Shown: piece by piece, positions 17,013 through 26,514 of the stretch
How the letters are laid out: each line of letters begins with the position of its first letter
How positions within the stretch are numbered: position 1 is the first letter of the stretch
Origin: an uncultured virus (IMG/VR IMGVR_UViG_3300029787_000020)
Taxonomy: Duplodnaviria > Heunggongvirae > Uroviricota > Caudoviricetes
Direction: 5' to 3' (one strand)
DNA: 64,000 nt
IMG/VR virus record: IMGVR_UViG_3300029787_000020
Made by a program: the position numbers and the translations under genes
Notes under the pieces: generated by a model
Databases searched by the model: none
Seen by the model: only the letters and a program-made list of their open reading frames with translations
Told to the model about the DNA's origin: nothing

Positions 17013-17167
17013 TGAGATCTAAAGAACTAGTAAAAAACTTAAAAAAAGCTCTTAAACAAGATTATTTGTATAATGGAGAAGAATTGATTTTTATGAAAAA
17101 ACAACTTAGAATGTTGGAAGAAGGTCTTTTAAAAGCACGTAATAAACCTGAAGGATTTGGTAAATGA
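17012..17167 (+). CDS. Small hypothetical protein (51 aa)
   Basis: MRSKELVKNLKKALKQDYLYNGEELIFMKKQL...GFGK; coupled at both ends. Confidence 0.7.
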   Translation: MRSKELVKNLKKALKQDYLYNGEELIFMKKQLRMLEEGLLKARNKPEGFGK

Positions 17168-17796
17168 ACGTAAAACTTGTTAGTATTACTCCTGATGCGG
17201 AGCAACTTATGGCATATATTGCCAGAGTATCTAATCCATCTAATCAGGATAATGAAAAGTATTCAGGACTATTAAAGTATTGTATCAAGCATAATCATTG
17301 GAGTGTCTTTGAGCAGTCTACTATGACACTTGAGATTGAGACTACTCGTGCTATTGCTGCACAGATACTAAGACATAGATCTTTTACATTTCAAGAGTTT
17401 TCTCAAAGGTATGCTGCCAGTACTGCATTGGGTAAGATTGATTTACCAGAACTACGTAAACAGGATGCAAAAAATCGTCAAAATTCTACTGATGATCTTG
17501 ATGATTTTGTAAAACAAAAAATGCAAATGCAAATGAAAACCCTGTTTGATTCTGCAACCGCATTATATAATCAAATGTTAGAGGAGGGAGTTGCAAAAGA
17601 GTGTGCTAGAATGGTATTACCACTCTGTACTCCTACGAGGATCTACATGACGGGTTCATGCCGTTCTTGGATACATTATATCAATTTGCGTTCTGCACAC
17701 GGTACACAGAAGGAGCACATGGTAATTGCAGAGGGATGCCGAAAGGTGTTTACCGAACAATTTCCTGCAGTATCAGAAGCCCTTGAATGGGTCTAA
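17164..17796 (+). CDS. thyX: Flavin-dependent thymidylate synthase
   Basis: HWSVFE, QILRHRSFTFQEFSQRY (RHRx7S), ECARMVLP. Confidence 0.96.
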   Translation: MNVKLVSITPDAEQLMAYIARVSNPSNQDNEKYSGLLKYCIKHNHWSVFEQSTMTLEIETTRAIAAQILRHRSFTFQEFSQRYAASTALGKIDLPELRKQDAKNRQNSTDDLDDFVKQKMQMQMKTLFDSATALYNQMLEEGVAKECARMVLPLCTPTRIYMTGSCRSWIHYINLRSAHGTQKEHMVIAEGCRKVFTEQFPAVSEALEWV

Positions 17797-17820
17797 ATAA
17801 ATTTACAATGTATTATAGTT

Positions 17821-18072
17821 ATGGCAACATATCCTGTGGTTCACAAAGAAACTGGTGAACAAAAAGAAGTTAGATTAAGTATTCATGAATGGGCTAAATG
17901 GTGTGAAGATAATTCAGATTGGAAAAGAGATTGGAGTGATCCTTCAACCATGCCTGGCGTGGGAGAAGTTGGAGACTGGAGAGATACATTACGAAAAACC
18001 AAACCTGGTTGGAACGATGTTCTAAGAAAAGCACAGAAAGCACCTGGATCTGTAGTGAAACCTCTTTCATAA
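17821..18072 (+). CDS. Conserved T4-like cyanophage protein
   Basis: MATYPVVHKETGEQKE...GWNDVL..APGS. Confidence 0.8.
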   Translation: MATYPVVHKETGEQKEVRLSIHEWAKWCEDNSDWKRDWSDPSTMPGVGEVGDWRDTLRKTKPGWNDVLRKAQKAPGSVVKPLS

Positions 18073-18073
18073 T

Positions 18074-18832
18074 ATGGCAAGAAGAAAAAGAGCTAATGGT
18101 GACCAACCTATTGGAGTTGGATTGACCACTAAACAGATGAAGAGAAAAAAACCTTTGAGTTCTGATTATTTGGTTAATATAGAATCTCTTAATGATAATC
18201 AACAAAGATTATTTAATTCATATAAAAATGGTAAACATTTGGTTGCCTATGGTTGTGCTGGAACTGGTAAAACATTTATTTCATTGTATAATGCTATAAA
18301 GGATGTTTTAAGTGAGAATACACCTTATGAACACATTTATTTGGTTCGTTCTCTAGTTGCCACCAGAGAAATTGGTTTTTTACCTGGTGATCATGAAGAT
18401 AAGGCAGATATATATCAAATTCCTTACAAGAATATGGTAAAGTATATGTTTCAAATGCCGTCTGATGCAGACTTTGAAATGTTATATGGTAACCTTAAGT
18501 CTCAGGAAACAATAAAATTTTGGAGTACATCATTTCTTCGTGGAACTACATTAGACAACTCTATTGTAATAGTGGATGAATTTCAAAACTTAAATTTTCA
18601 TGAACTTGATAGTATTATTACCAGAGTTGGTGAAAATACCAGAATTATTTTTTGTGGAGATGCAAGTCAGTCTGATTTAGTTAAAACTAATGATCGTAAT
18701 GGTATTGTTGATTTTATGAACATCTTGCGAAAAATGCCATCTTTTGATACAATAGAATTTGGTATTGATGATATTATTAGGTCAGGCCTTGTAAAAGAAT
18801 ATCTTATGGCAAAAGTTGAAGCAGGTATTTAA
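18074..18832 (+). CDS. phoH: PhoH-family ATPase
   Basis: GCAGTGKT, EIGFLPG, FLRGTTLD, IVDEFQN, ITRVGE, GDASQSD. Confidence 0.96.
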   Translation: MARRKRANGDQPIGVGLTTKQMKRKKPLSSDYLVNIESLNDNQQRLFNSYKNGKHLVAYGCAGTGKTFISLYNAIKDVLSENTPYEHIYLVRSLVATREIGFLPGDHEDKADIYQIPYKNMVKYMFQMPSDADFEMLYGNLKSQETIKFWSTSFLRGTTLDNSIVIVDEFQNLNFHELDSIITRVGENTRIIFCGDASQSDLVKTNDRNGIVDFMNILRKMPSFDTIEFGIDDIIRSGLVKEYLMAKVEAGI

Positions 18833-19515
18833 TGTTTAATCATGTTGATTTAAATCTTGAACCTCTCAAGAGAGAGACTATAGATGGTGTTCGTTATTAT
18901 TCTATTCCAGACGAAGAGGAATTAGTTAAATTAGTTTCTATTACTTCTGTTACTAGTCATTTTAATAAAGAGATCTTTATTAATTGGAGAAAGAAGGTAG
19001 GTAATGAGACTGCAGATAAAATCACAAAAGCGGCTACAACCCGTGGAACTGATATGCATACTCTTACAGAACATTATCTAAAAAATGATGAAGAACTTCC
19101 TACTGTTCCACCCATTTCAGATTTCTTATTTAAGATTGCCAAACCAAAGTTAAACTTAATTGATAATATACATGCTTTGGAAGGTGCCCTATATAGTAAA
19201 GAATTGGGTATTGCTGGAACTGTTGATTGTATTGCAGAATATAATGGGGAGTTGTCGATAATAGATTTTAAAACATCTAAAAAACCTAAACCAAGAAATT
19301 GGATTGAACATTATTTTGTTCAAGCAATGGCATATGGATGTATGCTATACGAAATGAAAGATATTTCGATAAAAAAACTTGTAATCATTATGGCTTGTGA
19401 AAATGGAGAATGTGTCGTCTACGAAGAAACCAATAAAGCAAAATATATTAAACTCCTCGGAGAATATATTAGAAAGTTTGTTGGAGATAAATTGGAGCTC
19501 TATGGAACCAAATAA
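18832..19515 (+). CDS. PD-(D/E)XK exonuclease
   Basis: RGTDMH, AGTVDCIAEY, IIDFKTS, YFVQ..AY. Confidence 0.9.
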   Translation: MFNHVDLNLEPLKRETIDGVRYYSIPDEEELVKLVSITSVTSHFNKEIFINWRKKVGNETADKITKAATTRGTDMHTLTEHYLKNDEELPTVPPISDFLFKIAKPKLNLIDNIHALEGALYSKELGIAGTVDCIAEYNGELSIIDFKTSKKPKPRNWIEHYFVQAMAYGCMLYEMKDISIKKLVIIMACENGECVVYEETNKAKYIKLLGEYIRKFVGDKLELYGTK

Positions 19516-19762
19516 AGAATTAGAAAAGGAAATAGAAAAGAAATTTCTAACACCATCAAAATTTGCCATGGAAATTGAAACTATTGTGGCAAATGAAGAT
19601 ATGAATTATATTGATGCTATTTGTCATTATTGTGAAATTAATAAACTTGAGATAGAATCTGTTACAAAATTAGTTTCTAAACCTCTCAAAGAGAAATTGA
19701 AATGGGATGCTCAACAACTTAATTTTATGAAAAAAACGTCTAGAGCTAAATTACCATTATGA
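19502..19762 (+). CDS. gp33: Late transcription coactivator gp33
   Basis: FAMEIE..MNYIDAI..SKPLKEKL..A..LNF; T4-core position before gp59. Confidence 0.85.
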   Translation: MEPNKELEKEIEKKFLTPSKFAMEIETIVANEDMNYIDAICHYCEINKLEIESVTKLVSKPLKEKLKWDAQQLNFMKKTSRAKLPL

Positions 19763-19923
19763 TTTTTTATTTACCGTCACCAGCATATGTACCTCCAACT
19801 CAAGCAACATTTATTGAGACTAGAGTATTAGTTGTAAAGCATACTACTGGTAGTGAATTAAAATCTGAGATGGTTAATCCAGAGATTCCTAATCCTTTTT
19901 ATTATAGAAATTTTTTTGAATGA
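19759..19923 (+). CDS. Small hypothetical protein (54 aa)
   Basis: MIFYLPSPAYVPPTQ...FYYRNFFE; ATGA overlaps at both ends. Confidence 0.55.
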   Translation: MIFYLPSPAYVPPTQATFIETRVLVVKHTTGSELKSEMVNPEIPNPFYYRNFFE

Positions 19924-20546
19924 AAACTATATCATATGAAAATCCTTTTCCACATTTAATTGTTAATGATTTTTATGATAAAAATGAACTAACTTTAATA
20001 TGGGAGGAACTTAATTTTTTTACTAAACCAGATAAACTTCTCAAAGCTAAAAATTATGGTGGAATTGAAGATAGAACAAATGCTCGTGCCGTGGTATTGG
20101 ATGAGGTATTTCTAACTCATCGTCAAATGTCTAATATTCTAACTGTCAATAGAAAATTATTTAAAATTGGCATATTAAAAGAATTTGGTAAAATTCATGA
20201 TTGTTGTTCTATTGCCGAAGATTGTAATTGGGATATAACTAAATTGAGATACTATCATAATGGTGAATATTATGAACCACATACTGATAGATCTATGCAA
20301 TTTTTAGGATTTTCTTATTTCTACAAAGAACCTAAAAAATTTAGTGGTGGTGAACTAGTATTTCCTAAGTATAATTATCAATTGACATGTGAAAATAATT
20401 CAATTATAATAATGCCTGGTTGGGTTGAACATAGTGTGAATGAGGTAAAAATTGAAAATTCTGATTATTATGATGGTTGGGGTAGGTATGCCATTACAAG
20501 TTTTTTTGGCACTAATGACAAAAAAATCAATAAACAATATAAATGA
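19920..20546 (+). CDS. 2OG-Fe(II) oxygenase
   Basis: YYEPHTD (HxD), FSGGEL.F, H.V.EV, GRYAI. Confidence 0.88.
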   Translation: MKTISYENPFPHLIVNDFYDKNELTLIWEELNFFTKPDKLLKAKNYGGIEDRTNARAVVLDEVFLTHRQMSNILTVNRKLFKIGILKEFGKIHDCCSIAEDCNWDITKLRYYHNGEYYEPHTDRSMQFLGFSYFYKEPKKFSGGELVFPKYNYQLTCENNSIIIMPGWVEHSVNEVKIENSDYYDGWGRYAITSFFGTNDKKINKQYK

Positions 20547-21139
20547 AAGTGACACCATTTGAGACGTATCAAACTTATCTTTCTATGAAAAGTCATTTTA
20601 CCAATCCTAAGTATGACTTTATAAAATATAGAGGTAAATCAAGAGCCACTATATCATCCTTCAATAAGAGAAAGGATAAGTATTGGTTTGAAAAAACTTC
20701 TAGAAAATATTCTGATGAAGAAGTGTTAAATTTTCTTTTAGCAAATTTTGTAAACACTAACACACCCCAAAACTTATGGATCGGAGAGATAATCAACAGT
20801 GGAGAAAGAACCTACGCAGAATGGATGAGACGGAAACAGAGTATGACTTATATTTTCAAGGAGCAAACAGAAAAACTTCTCTCAGAGAACGACTTATCGA
20901 AAGTGTTCAATTGCTCGAAGGGACATCCCCCATTATTAAAAAAATATCTAGGTGGAGAAATTTCGCTAGAAACACTTATAATACTGGAAAAAGTTTTTTC
21001 TTTCGTAAAAAACTTTGATAAAAATTTAAAGGATCCAGTATGGGAAACCGTAAGTTTAAAAATTAAAAAATATATACCTTTCCTAAATATTAATGTATTC
21101 CAATATAAAAAAATTTTACGAGACTTAATAAATGAGTGA
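20543..21139 (+). CDS. gp59: Helicase loader gp59
   Basis: YLSMKSHF..YDFIKY..FNKRKDKYWFEK, ISLET. Confidence 0.9.
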   Translation: MKVTPFETYQTYLSMKSHFTNPKYDFIKYRGKSRATISSFNKRKDKYWFEKTSRKYSDEEVLNFLLANFVNTNTPQNLWIGEIINSGERTYAEWMRRKQSMTYIFKEQTEKLLSENDLSKVFNCSKGHPPLLKKYLGGEISLETLIILEKVFSFVKNFDKNLKDPVWETVSLKIKKYIPFLNINVFQYKKILRDLINE

Positions 21140-21464
21140 TTTCTTTAATTCTGAAATAGTTCAAGATGAATTGAACGAAATTAATGATCTCCAAAAAGAA
21201 ATTTATGGAGATGCTTTTAATTTTCCATTATTATCTCGTGAAAGTAGATTGAAACACATTGATCGATTGAAAAATTTATTAGAAAGGCAGAAAGTTATGT
21301 ATACTAGATTATCTCTTTCAGAAGATCCACAAGCTCTTGAACTAAAATCTCAAATAGAGGAATCAGTTACTATGTTGGGTTTTCCTACAGGAACTAGTAT
21401 GAGTGTATTGTTTGACGATATGAGTCAGACAATCGAAACACTTGAATCTGCTGTTGACTTATAG
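21132..21464 (+). CDS. DUF1825-like protein
   Basis: FFNSEIVQDE..RQKVMYTRLSLSEDPQA. Confidence 0.7.
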   Translation: MSDFFNSEIVQDELNEINDLQKEIYGDAFNFPLLSRESRLKHIDRLKNLLERQKVMYTRLSLSEDPQALELKSQIEESVTMLGFPTGTSMSVLFDDMSQTIETLESAVDL

Positions 21465-21482
21465 TATATTTTTTGTTATAAT
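21454..21482 (+). promoter_or_regulatory. sigma70-type promoter for gp32
   Basis: TTGACT, 17 nt, TATAAT with TGn. Confidence 0.8.
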
Positions 21483-21521
21483 TTAAACATCCAATTAATC
21501 CAATTAATCCGAGGTAATCTA

Positions 21522-22412
21522 ATGTCGTTTGCTAATCTTAAAAAGCAATCAAAACTAGGCTCTCTTACACAAAAACTTGTGAAAGAAGTCGAAAAAATGA
21601 ATAATAACGGTACATCAGGTGATGACCGTCTATGGAAATTAGAATGTGATAAATCAGGTAATGGTTATGCTGTTATCCGTTTCCTACCTGCTCCAGATAA
21701 GGAAGATCTACCATTTGTAAAACTATACTCCCATGCCTTTCAGGGGCCTGGTGGTTGGTATATTGAGAACTCTCTAACCACTCTTGGTCAGAAAGATCCA
21801 GTGTCTGAATATAACACTCAACTCTGGAACAATGGCACAGATGCGGGTAAAGATGCTGCTCGTAGACAGAAGCGTAAACTTACTTATATTAGTAACATCT
21901 ATGTTGTGAAGGATCCTGCTAATCCTGAAAATGAAGGTAAAGTATTTCTATACAAGTATGGGAAGAAAATCTTTGACAAACTAACTGCAGCAATGCAACC
22001 TGAGTTTGAGGATGAAGAAGCAATTGATCCATTTGATTTCTGGCAAGGTGCCAACTTCAAGTTGAAAGCAAAGAATGTTGCTGGTTATAGAAACTATGAT
22101 TCTTCTGAGTTCACTGCCGTCACTCCATTATTGGATGATGATGATGCACTAGAGGGACTTTGGAAAAAAGAAAGTTCTCTTCAAGAGTTTGTTGCAGCAG
22201 ATCAGTTCAAATCTTATGAAGATTTGAAGAAGCGTCTTGGTTATGTTCTTGGTAATAAGACTACAGTTCGTGAAGATGTAGAAACTGTTGATGAAGATGA
22301 TGATCGTGGTTCAGCAGAACAATTAGTTACTGCTGCCGTAGCTTCAAAACCTTCTCCCGTAGAAGATGATGAAGATGATGCACTATCATACTTTGCTAAA
22401 TTAGCAGAATAA
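21522..22412 (+). CDS. gp32: Single-stranded DNA-binding protein gp32
   Basis: DDRLWK..DKSGNGYAVIRFLP, WYIENS, GANFKLK, NYDSSEF, acidic tail. Confidence 0.96.
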   Translation: MSFANLKKQSKLGSLTQKLVKEVEKMNNNGTSGDDRLWKLECDKSGNGYAVIRFLPAPDKEDLPFVKLYSHAFQGPGGWYIENSLTTLGQKDPVSEYNTQLWNNGTDAGKDAARRQKRKLTYISNIYVVKDPANPENEGKVFLYKYGKKIFDKLTAAMQPEFEDEEAIDPFDFWQGANFKLKAKNVAGYRNYDSSEFTAVTPLLDDDDALEGLWKKESSLQEFVAADQFKSYEDLKKRLGYVLGNKTTVREDVETVDEDDDRGSAEQLVTAAVASKPSPVEDDEDDALSYFAKLAE

Positions 22413-22426
22413 TGTTAATTGATTTT

Positions 22427-22452
22427 AAGACCCCTTTACAGGGGTCTTTTTT
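22427..22452. terminator. Terminator between convergent gp32 and gp53
   Basis: AAGACCCCT-ttac-AGGGGTCTT plus T-run. Confidence 0.85.
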
Positions 22453-23114
22453 TATTCCATTGTAACTCTGGTGTTCTCAGTTCTTATTAACTTATCATTT
22501 ATACGTTCAGAAGATTGTTGATATACCATAATGTCTCTCATATCATTTAGGAATTGTTGTAAATATTGAGATCTAAGAACAAATATACTTCTTTTTCTAT
22601 TATTTTTAAGAACTTCATATTCATAATTACTAACACCACTAATAGTATTTGAAGATGTTGGTGTTATATACGTGCCATTTTCACTATATGTAACAGAAAA
22701 ATTACTATCAACAACTTGACCAGAAGGAAGAATTAATCTACCTATAGAATCTTTAATTTCTTTAGTTTCATAGTGATGATTGCTGTTTATATTAGCAAGA
22801 CCATATTTACTTTCAACAAAATCATATATCTCTCTATCAGATAAAGGCCATTCGTCTCTTACATTAATGATACCAGCAGTTAATAATACAACCCAATCTA
22901 GTTGATCATCCCCATATATTTCTTCGGCAACCGTATCAGGTCGGGCACCTTCCATTATTTCATACTTATTAAAGAGAGTAAAAACATTCTGCAAATCATC
23001 ACGTAATTTATTTCTTCTGAATAAATTTTTAACTTTTACGTAACTTTGAGAAGAAATACTATTTGATAGAAAATTTTGATATTCTAAATCTGGTAGTTCT
23101 CTGAAATATCCCAT
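22452..23114 (-). CDS. gp53: Baseplate wedge subunit gp53
   Basis: YFRELPDLEY, RPDTVAEEIYGD, DWVVLL, HHYET, NYEYE. Confidence 0.9.
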   Translation of the reverse strand: MGYFRELPDLEYQNFLSNSISSQSYVKVKNLFRRNKLRDDLQNVFTLFNKYEIMEGARPDTVAEEIYGDDQLDWVVLLTAGIINVRDEWPLSDREIYDFVESKYGLANINSNHHYETKEIKDSIGRLILPSGQVVDSNFSVTYSENGTYITPTSSNTISGVSNYEYEVLKNNRKRSIFVLRSQYLQQFLNDMRDIMVYQQSSERINDKLIRTENTRVTME

Positions 23115-23115
23115 T

Positions 23116-24249
23116 TTAGTAACCTACTCCGTCTGATTCATCACCATATGCTTCATAATCTTCATTATAAACTGGTGTTAATTCTCTAAATGCCAATGTC
23201 ATATTCATTGAAATTGGAGAACCATCATTATATGTTGCCCAAGTTCCATCACCAGTATAATTCATTTGCACATTTGTTAAAGCACAAAGTTTAATTCTAT
23301 TTAAATAATTTCTTGCCTTTCCTTCATATTGAATCTCAAAAATATTTGGAGTTTTTAAGAAAGTACCTCCAGATCCTTTCGGGGCCATATTTCTTTTAAA
23401 TGCCTTTATTATAGTTCTAACAGTTTCTGCTTCTTTTTGAAATCTTGGTGTAAATTTAAATTGAAAACCAAAGTTTCTTAAAGCTGGCCCTTTAAATAGT
23501 AACTCCATATTTGGATTTATAACTGATCCATTAGATCTTGCTAATATTTGGTCTAGAGATAAATTACCACCAATACTATTCATTGCTTGTGTGGCAAAAT
23601 AATTTTTAATTAAATTTTTATTATTTGCTACGCTACCAACAAGGTCATTAATTGTTCCTCCTGCCCTTTCCATTTGGCCTGACATAACTTCTGTCCCAAA
23701 TTTCATTCCTCCTTCTTGCAAGAAGTTCATATTTCCCTCACCATATGCTGTTTGGTTCGAGTCCACAAGATTGGCAGGAATAGGAAGTAAAATTTGACCC
23801 AATAAATCAGATTTCAAATTATCTTGATTTCTTGTAACAATACCTTCTCCTCTTTTATATTTGAATGCAGAAAATTTAATAAAGTCTTGACCACTTTCTA
23901 TGGTGCTATATGGATATCTTAAATCATTAAATTTTTCTGGTTTACCTTGTTTACCTGGTCTTCTTACCACCTCTTTCGGCCGACTTTTATATTCTTTTAC
24001 TTTTTCCTTTTCTTTTTTAGGATTTTCTGTTTTTTGAGGTGTAGTTACACTTGTACTACTAACCCCTTTAGTAGTATTTTGTTTACCACTACCTCTTGTA
24101 TTTTTTTGTTGAGGACCACTAAAGTTTCCACCTTCTCTTCCTCTATCTTTTACACCACCACCTCTTGTATTATTTTGTTGAGCACCACTGTAGTTTCCAC
24201 CTTCTCTTCCTCTATCTTTTGCTCCACCGCCTCTTACTCCTCTTGCCAT
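23116..24249 (-). CDS. gp48: Baseplate tail-tube cap gp48 with RGG-rich N-terminal extension
   Basis: LRYP, NPNMELLFKGPALRNFGFQFKFTPR, CALTNVQMNYT, L.F.EL.P. Confidence 0.85.
   Translation of the reverse strand: MARGVRGGGAKDRGREGGNYSGAQQNNTRGGGVKDRGREGGNFSGPQQKNTRGSGKQNTTKGVSSTSVTTPQKTENPKKEKEKVKEYKSRPKEVVRRPGKQGKPEKFNDLRYPYSTIESGQDFIKFSAFKYKRGEGIVTRNQDNLKSDLLGQILLPIPANLVDSNQTAYGEGNMNFLQEGGMKFGTEVMSGQMERAGGTINDLVGSVANNKNLIKNYFATQAMNSIGGNLSLDQILARSNGSVINPNMELLFKGPALRNFGFQFKFTPRFQKEAETVRTIIKAFKRNMAPKGSGGTFLKTPNIFEIQYEGKARNYLNRIKLCALTNVQMNYTGDGTWATYNDGSPISMNMTLAFRELTPVYNEDYEAYGDESDGVGY
24092..24233 (-). repeat. 69-nt (23-aa) tandem duplication in the gp48 N-terminus
   Basis: RGGGAKDRGREGGNYSGAQQNNT / RGGGVKDRGREGGNFSGPQQKNT. 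Confidence 0.9.
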
Positions 24250-24269
24250 ATCGACCTAATTGATTGTTA

Positions 24270-24650
24270 CTAACTATTTAGACCTATTTTTCCAAAAGGT
24301 ATTTCTCTGGCATCCGCAATCTCATCAGGATAGATTTCATACAGTTGGCCGACTATCTCATTCCAAGTATATTGTCTCATTTGACCCCAATGATAATTTA
24401 AACCTTTAAAACCCCATTGAAATATATCAGTGACCGCAACTAATGGATGTGCATCATATTGAATAATTGGTGTTTTTGGTGCATATACAAATGTATAATA
24501 CTTTCCTACATCTGGTACGGGTGTTACCGTTTTATTAAGAGCTTCCATCATTTCCAACATCAAATCATCAGGATCTTCTGTCCCTCTGATACCATTAACC
24601 ACAGAACGTATTCTGTTATGTTTGTCTTCTGTTGGATAACTATATGTCAT
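24270..24650 (-). CDS. gp2: DNA end protector gp2-like
   Basis: GKYYTFVYAPKT..YDAHPLV..GFKGLNYH; lies between gp4 and gp48. Confidence 0.75.
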   Translation of the reverse strand: MTYSYPTEDKHNRIRSVVNGIRGTEDPDDLMLEMMEALNKTVTPVPDVGKYYTFVYAPKTPIIQYDAHPLVAVTDIFQWGFKGLNYHWGQMRQYTWNEIVGQLYEIYPDEIADAREIPFGKIGLNS

Positions 24651-25087
24651 CTGGTAATACCTAGTTCGTCTTCGGTTAATATTTTAAATTCCAATCCTCT
24701 ATCAAGACAATAATTTTTTGCTGCCTTCCACTTTGCCTGATTTTTTACATATTCACGAACTTCGTAAATATAACCTTTTGTTTTCTTTTTTTGTGGTTTG
24801 GGTTCGATACATTGTTTTTTGGGTTTTACTTCAATAATATATTTTTTAATCTTTCCTGTATTTTCTTTAACTTTAATATAAAAGTCTGGAAAATATCTAT
24901 GAATTTTATTATCTAATGGAGAACGATATGGTAAAAAGACTTCTTCACTTCCCCATTCTAAAATATTTTGATTACTATCACAATATTTCATAAATTTTAA
25001 TTCCCATAATGAACGATAGATGATGTTTCTAAAGTTACCTTTATATTTTAGGGGATTGTTTGGTTGATAACGACCCTTATAAGACAT
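24647..25087 (-). CDS. gp4: Head completion protein gp4
   Basis: YKGRYQPNNPLKYKG, YRSLWE, HRYFPDF, IEVKP, NQAKWKAA. Confidence 0.93.
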   Translation of the reverse strand: MSYKGRYQPNNPLKYKGNFRNIIYRSLWELKFMKYCDSNQNILEWGSEEVFLPYRSPLDNKIHRYFPDFYIKVKENTGKIKKYIIEVKPKKQCIEPKPQKKKTKGYIYEVREYVKNQAKWKAAKNYCLDRGLEFKILTEDELGITR

Positions 25088-25120
25088 CTAAATAGAAATA
25101 ATAATATAAGTATATTTAGA
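25087..25120. promoter_or_regulatory. Pair of face-to-face late-promoter boxes (CTAAATA on each strand)
   Basis: TCTAAATA at 25087-25094 and its inverse TATTTAGA at 25113-25120 in the short divergent gap. Confidence 0.55.
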
Positions 25121-25750
25121 GTGTCAGGACTTATTTCAAATTATAAAATGACAGCACTTACTAAAATGGATATTAGTAAGGTATCTTTGAATAATCAATA
25201 TCAAGTTAATATTTCAGGAATAACTGCAGATTTAAAAGGATATTTGGGTAGATATTATAATATTCCAAATAACTATGCATCTGGTGGTGATATTGGTATA
25301 ATGTGTGCAGAAGCCACACTTCCAACTAGTTCGTTTGCTACATCAGAAGTTAAAGATAATTTTCATGGAGTAAATCAACAATTTGCTCATACAAGAATTT
25401 ACATTGATAGTGATTTTTCTTTTTACATTGATGATAATTATAATGTTTTGAAATTTTTTGAAGGATGGATGGACTATATTTCAGGTGATGATAATAGTGA
25501 GTTTAGAAGAGATGATGATTTAAATTATTACAGGAGATTTAATTATCCTATGAATACTGATAGAAAAATTGGATATAAATGTGGAAGTTTAACAATATCT
25601 AAGTTTGAAAAAAATCTTGGTAAATCTATCAAATATAGTTTTATAAATGCATTTCCTAAAGCAATGATATCAATACCTGTTCAATATGGTGGTGCAGATC
25701 TTTTAAAAGTAAATGTTCAATTTGCTTATGATCGTTATAATCTTATCTAA
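25121..25750 (+). CDS. Tail-tube-like / baseplate tube initiator protein (gp19/gp54 family)
   Basis: MCAEATLP, FYIDDNYNVLKFFEGWMDYI, Y.FINAFP, V.F.Y; GTG start at 25121 assumed. Confidence 0.7.
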   Translation: MSGLISNYKMTALTKMDISKVSLNNQYQVNISGITADLKGYLGRYYNIPNNYASGGDIGIMCAEATLPTSSFATSEVKDNFHGVNQQFAHTRIYIDSDFSFYIDDNYNVLKFFEGWMDYISGDDNSEFRRDDDLNYYRRFNYPMNTDRKIGYKCGSLTISKFEKNLGKSIKYSFINAFPKAMISIPVQYGGADLLKVNVQFAYDRYNLI

Positions 25751-25759
25751 ATAAACTGC

Positions 25760-25767
25760 TATAAATA
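25760..25767 (+). promoter_or_regulatory. T4-type late promoter
   Basis: TATAAATA 24 nt upstream of gp26. Confidence 0.75.
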
Positions 25768-25791
25768 AACTTACTGAAGTGTGAAAACATT

Positions 25792-26514
25792 ATGCCATTA
25801 CCGAAAATTTCTACACCAACATATGAGTTGGTATTACCATCTACTAATAAAAAAGTTAAATATAGACCATTTTTAGTTAAAGAAGAAAAAATCTTAATTA
25901 TGGCATTGGAATCTGAAGATCAAAAACAGATTACCAATGCAATAAAAACAGTTTTAGCTGACTGTATTTTAACTAGAGGTATTAAGGTCGATAAGATGGC
26001 AACATTTGATATTGAATATTTGTTTTTAAATGTTCGTGGAAAATCTGTTGGTGAAACTGTAGAAGTTAATGTAACATGTCCAGATGATGGGAAAACTACA
26101 GTTGAAATGGAGATTGATATTGATTCAATAAAAATTCAAAAGGATCCTAATCATACTAATATCATTAAATTAGATAATGATTTATCCATTCAGATGAATT
26201 ATCCATCATTAAATCAATTTATCGAAACTAATTTTGATCTTAGTGATACTAAAAATCAAGTGGATCAATCTTTATATGTAATTATGTCTTGTATTAATCA
26301 AGTATATAATAGTGAAGAATCTTGGTCTGCTGCTGAATGTACAAAAAAAGAATTGAAAGATTTTGTTGAATCAATGAACTCTAAACAATTTAAAGAAGTT
26401 GAAACTTTTTTTGAAACAATGCCTAAATTATCCCATAAAGTCAAAGTAACAAATCCAGAGACTAAAGTTGAAAGTGATGTGGTAATTGAGGGATTAGCAT
26501 CTTTTTTCAGTTAG
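25792..26514 (+). CDS. gp26: Baseplate hub assembly protein gp26
   Basis: MPLPKISTPTYEL, YRPFLVKEEKIL, FDIEYLFL..RGKSVGE, FFETMPKL, EGLASFF. Confidence 0.92.
   Translation: MPLPKISTPTYELVLPSTNKKVKYRPFLVKEEKILIMALESEDQKQITNAIKTVLADCILTRGIKVDKMATFDIEYLFLNVRGKSVGETVEVNVTCPDDGKTTVEMEIDIDSIKIQKDPNHTNIIKLDNDLSIQMNYPSLNQFIETNFDLSDTKNQVDQSLYVIMSCINQVYNSEESWSAAECTKKELKDFVESMNSKQFKEVETFFETMPKLSHKVKVTNPETKVESDVVIEGLASFFS

Noticed and set aside
18832..19515. Cas4/CRISPR association
   Set aside because: No repeat-spacer array or cas genes; this is the standard exonuclease next to phoH
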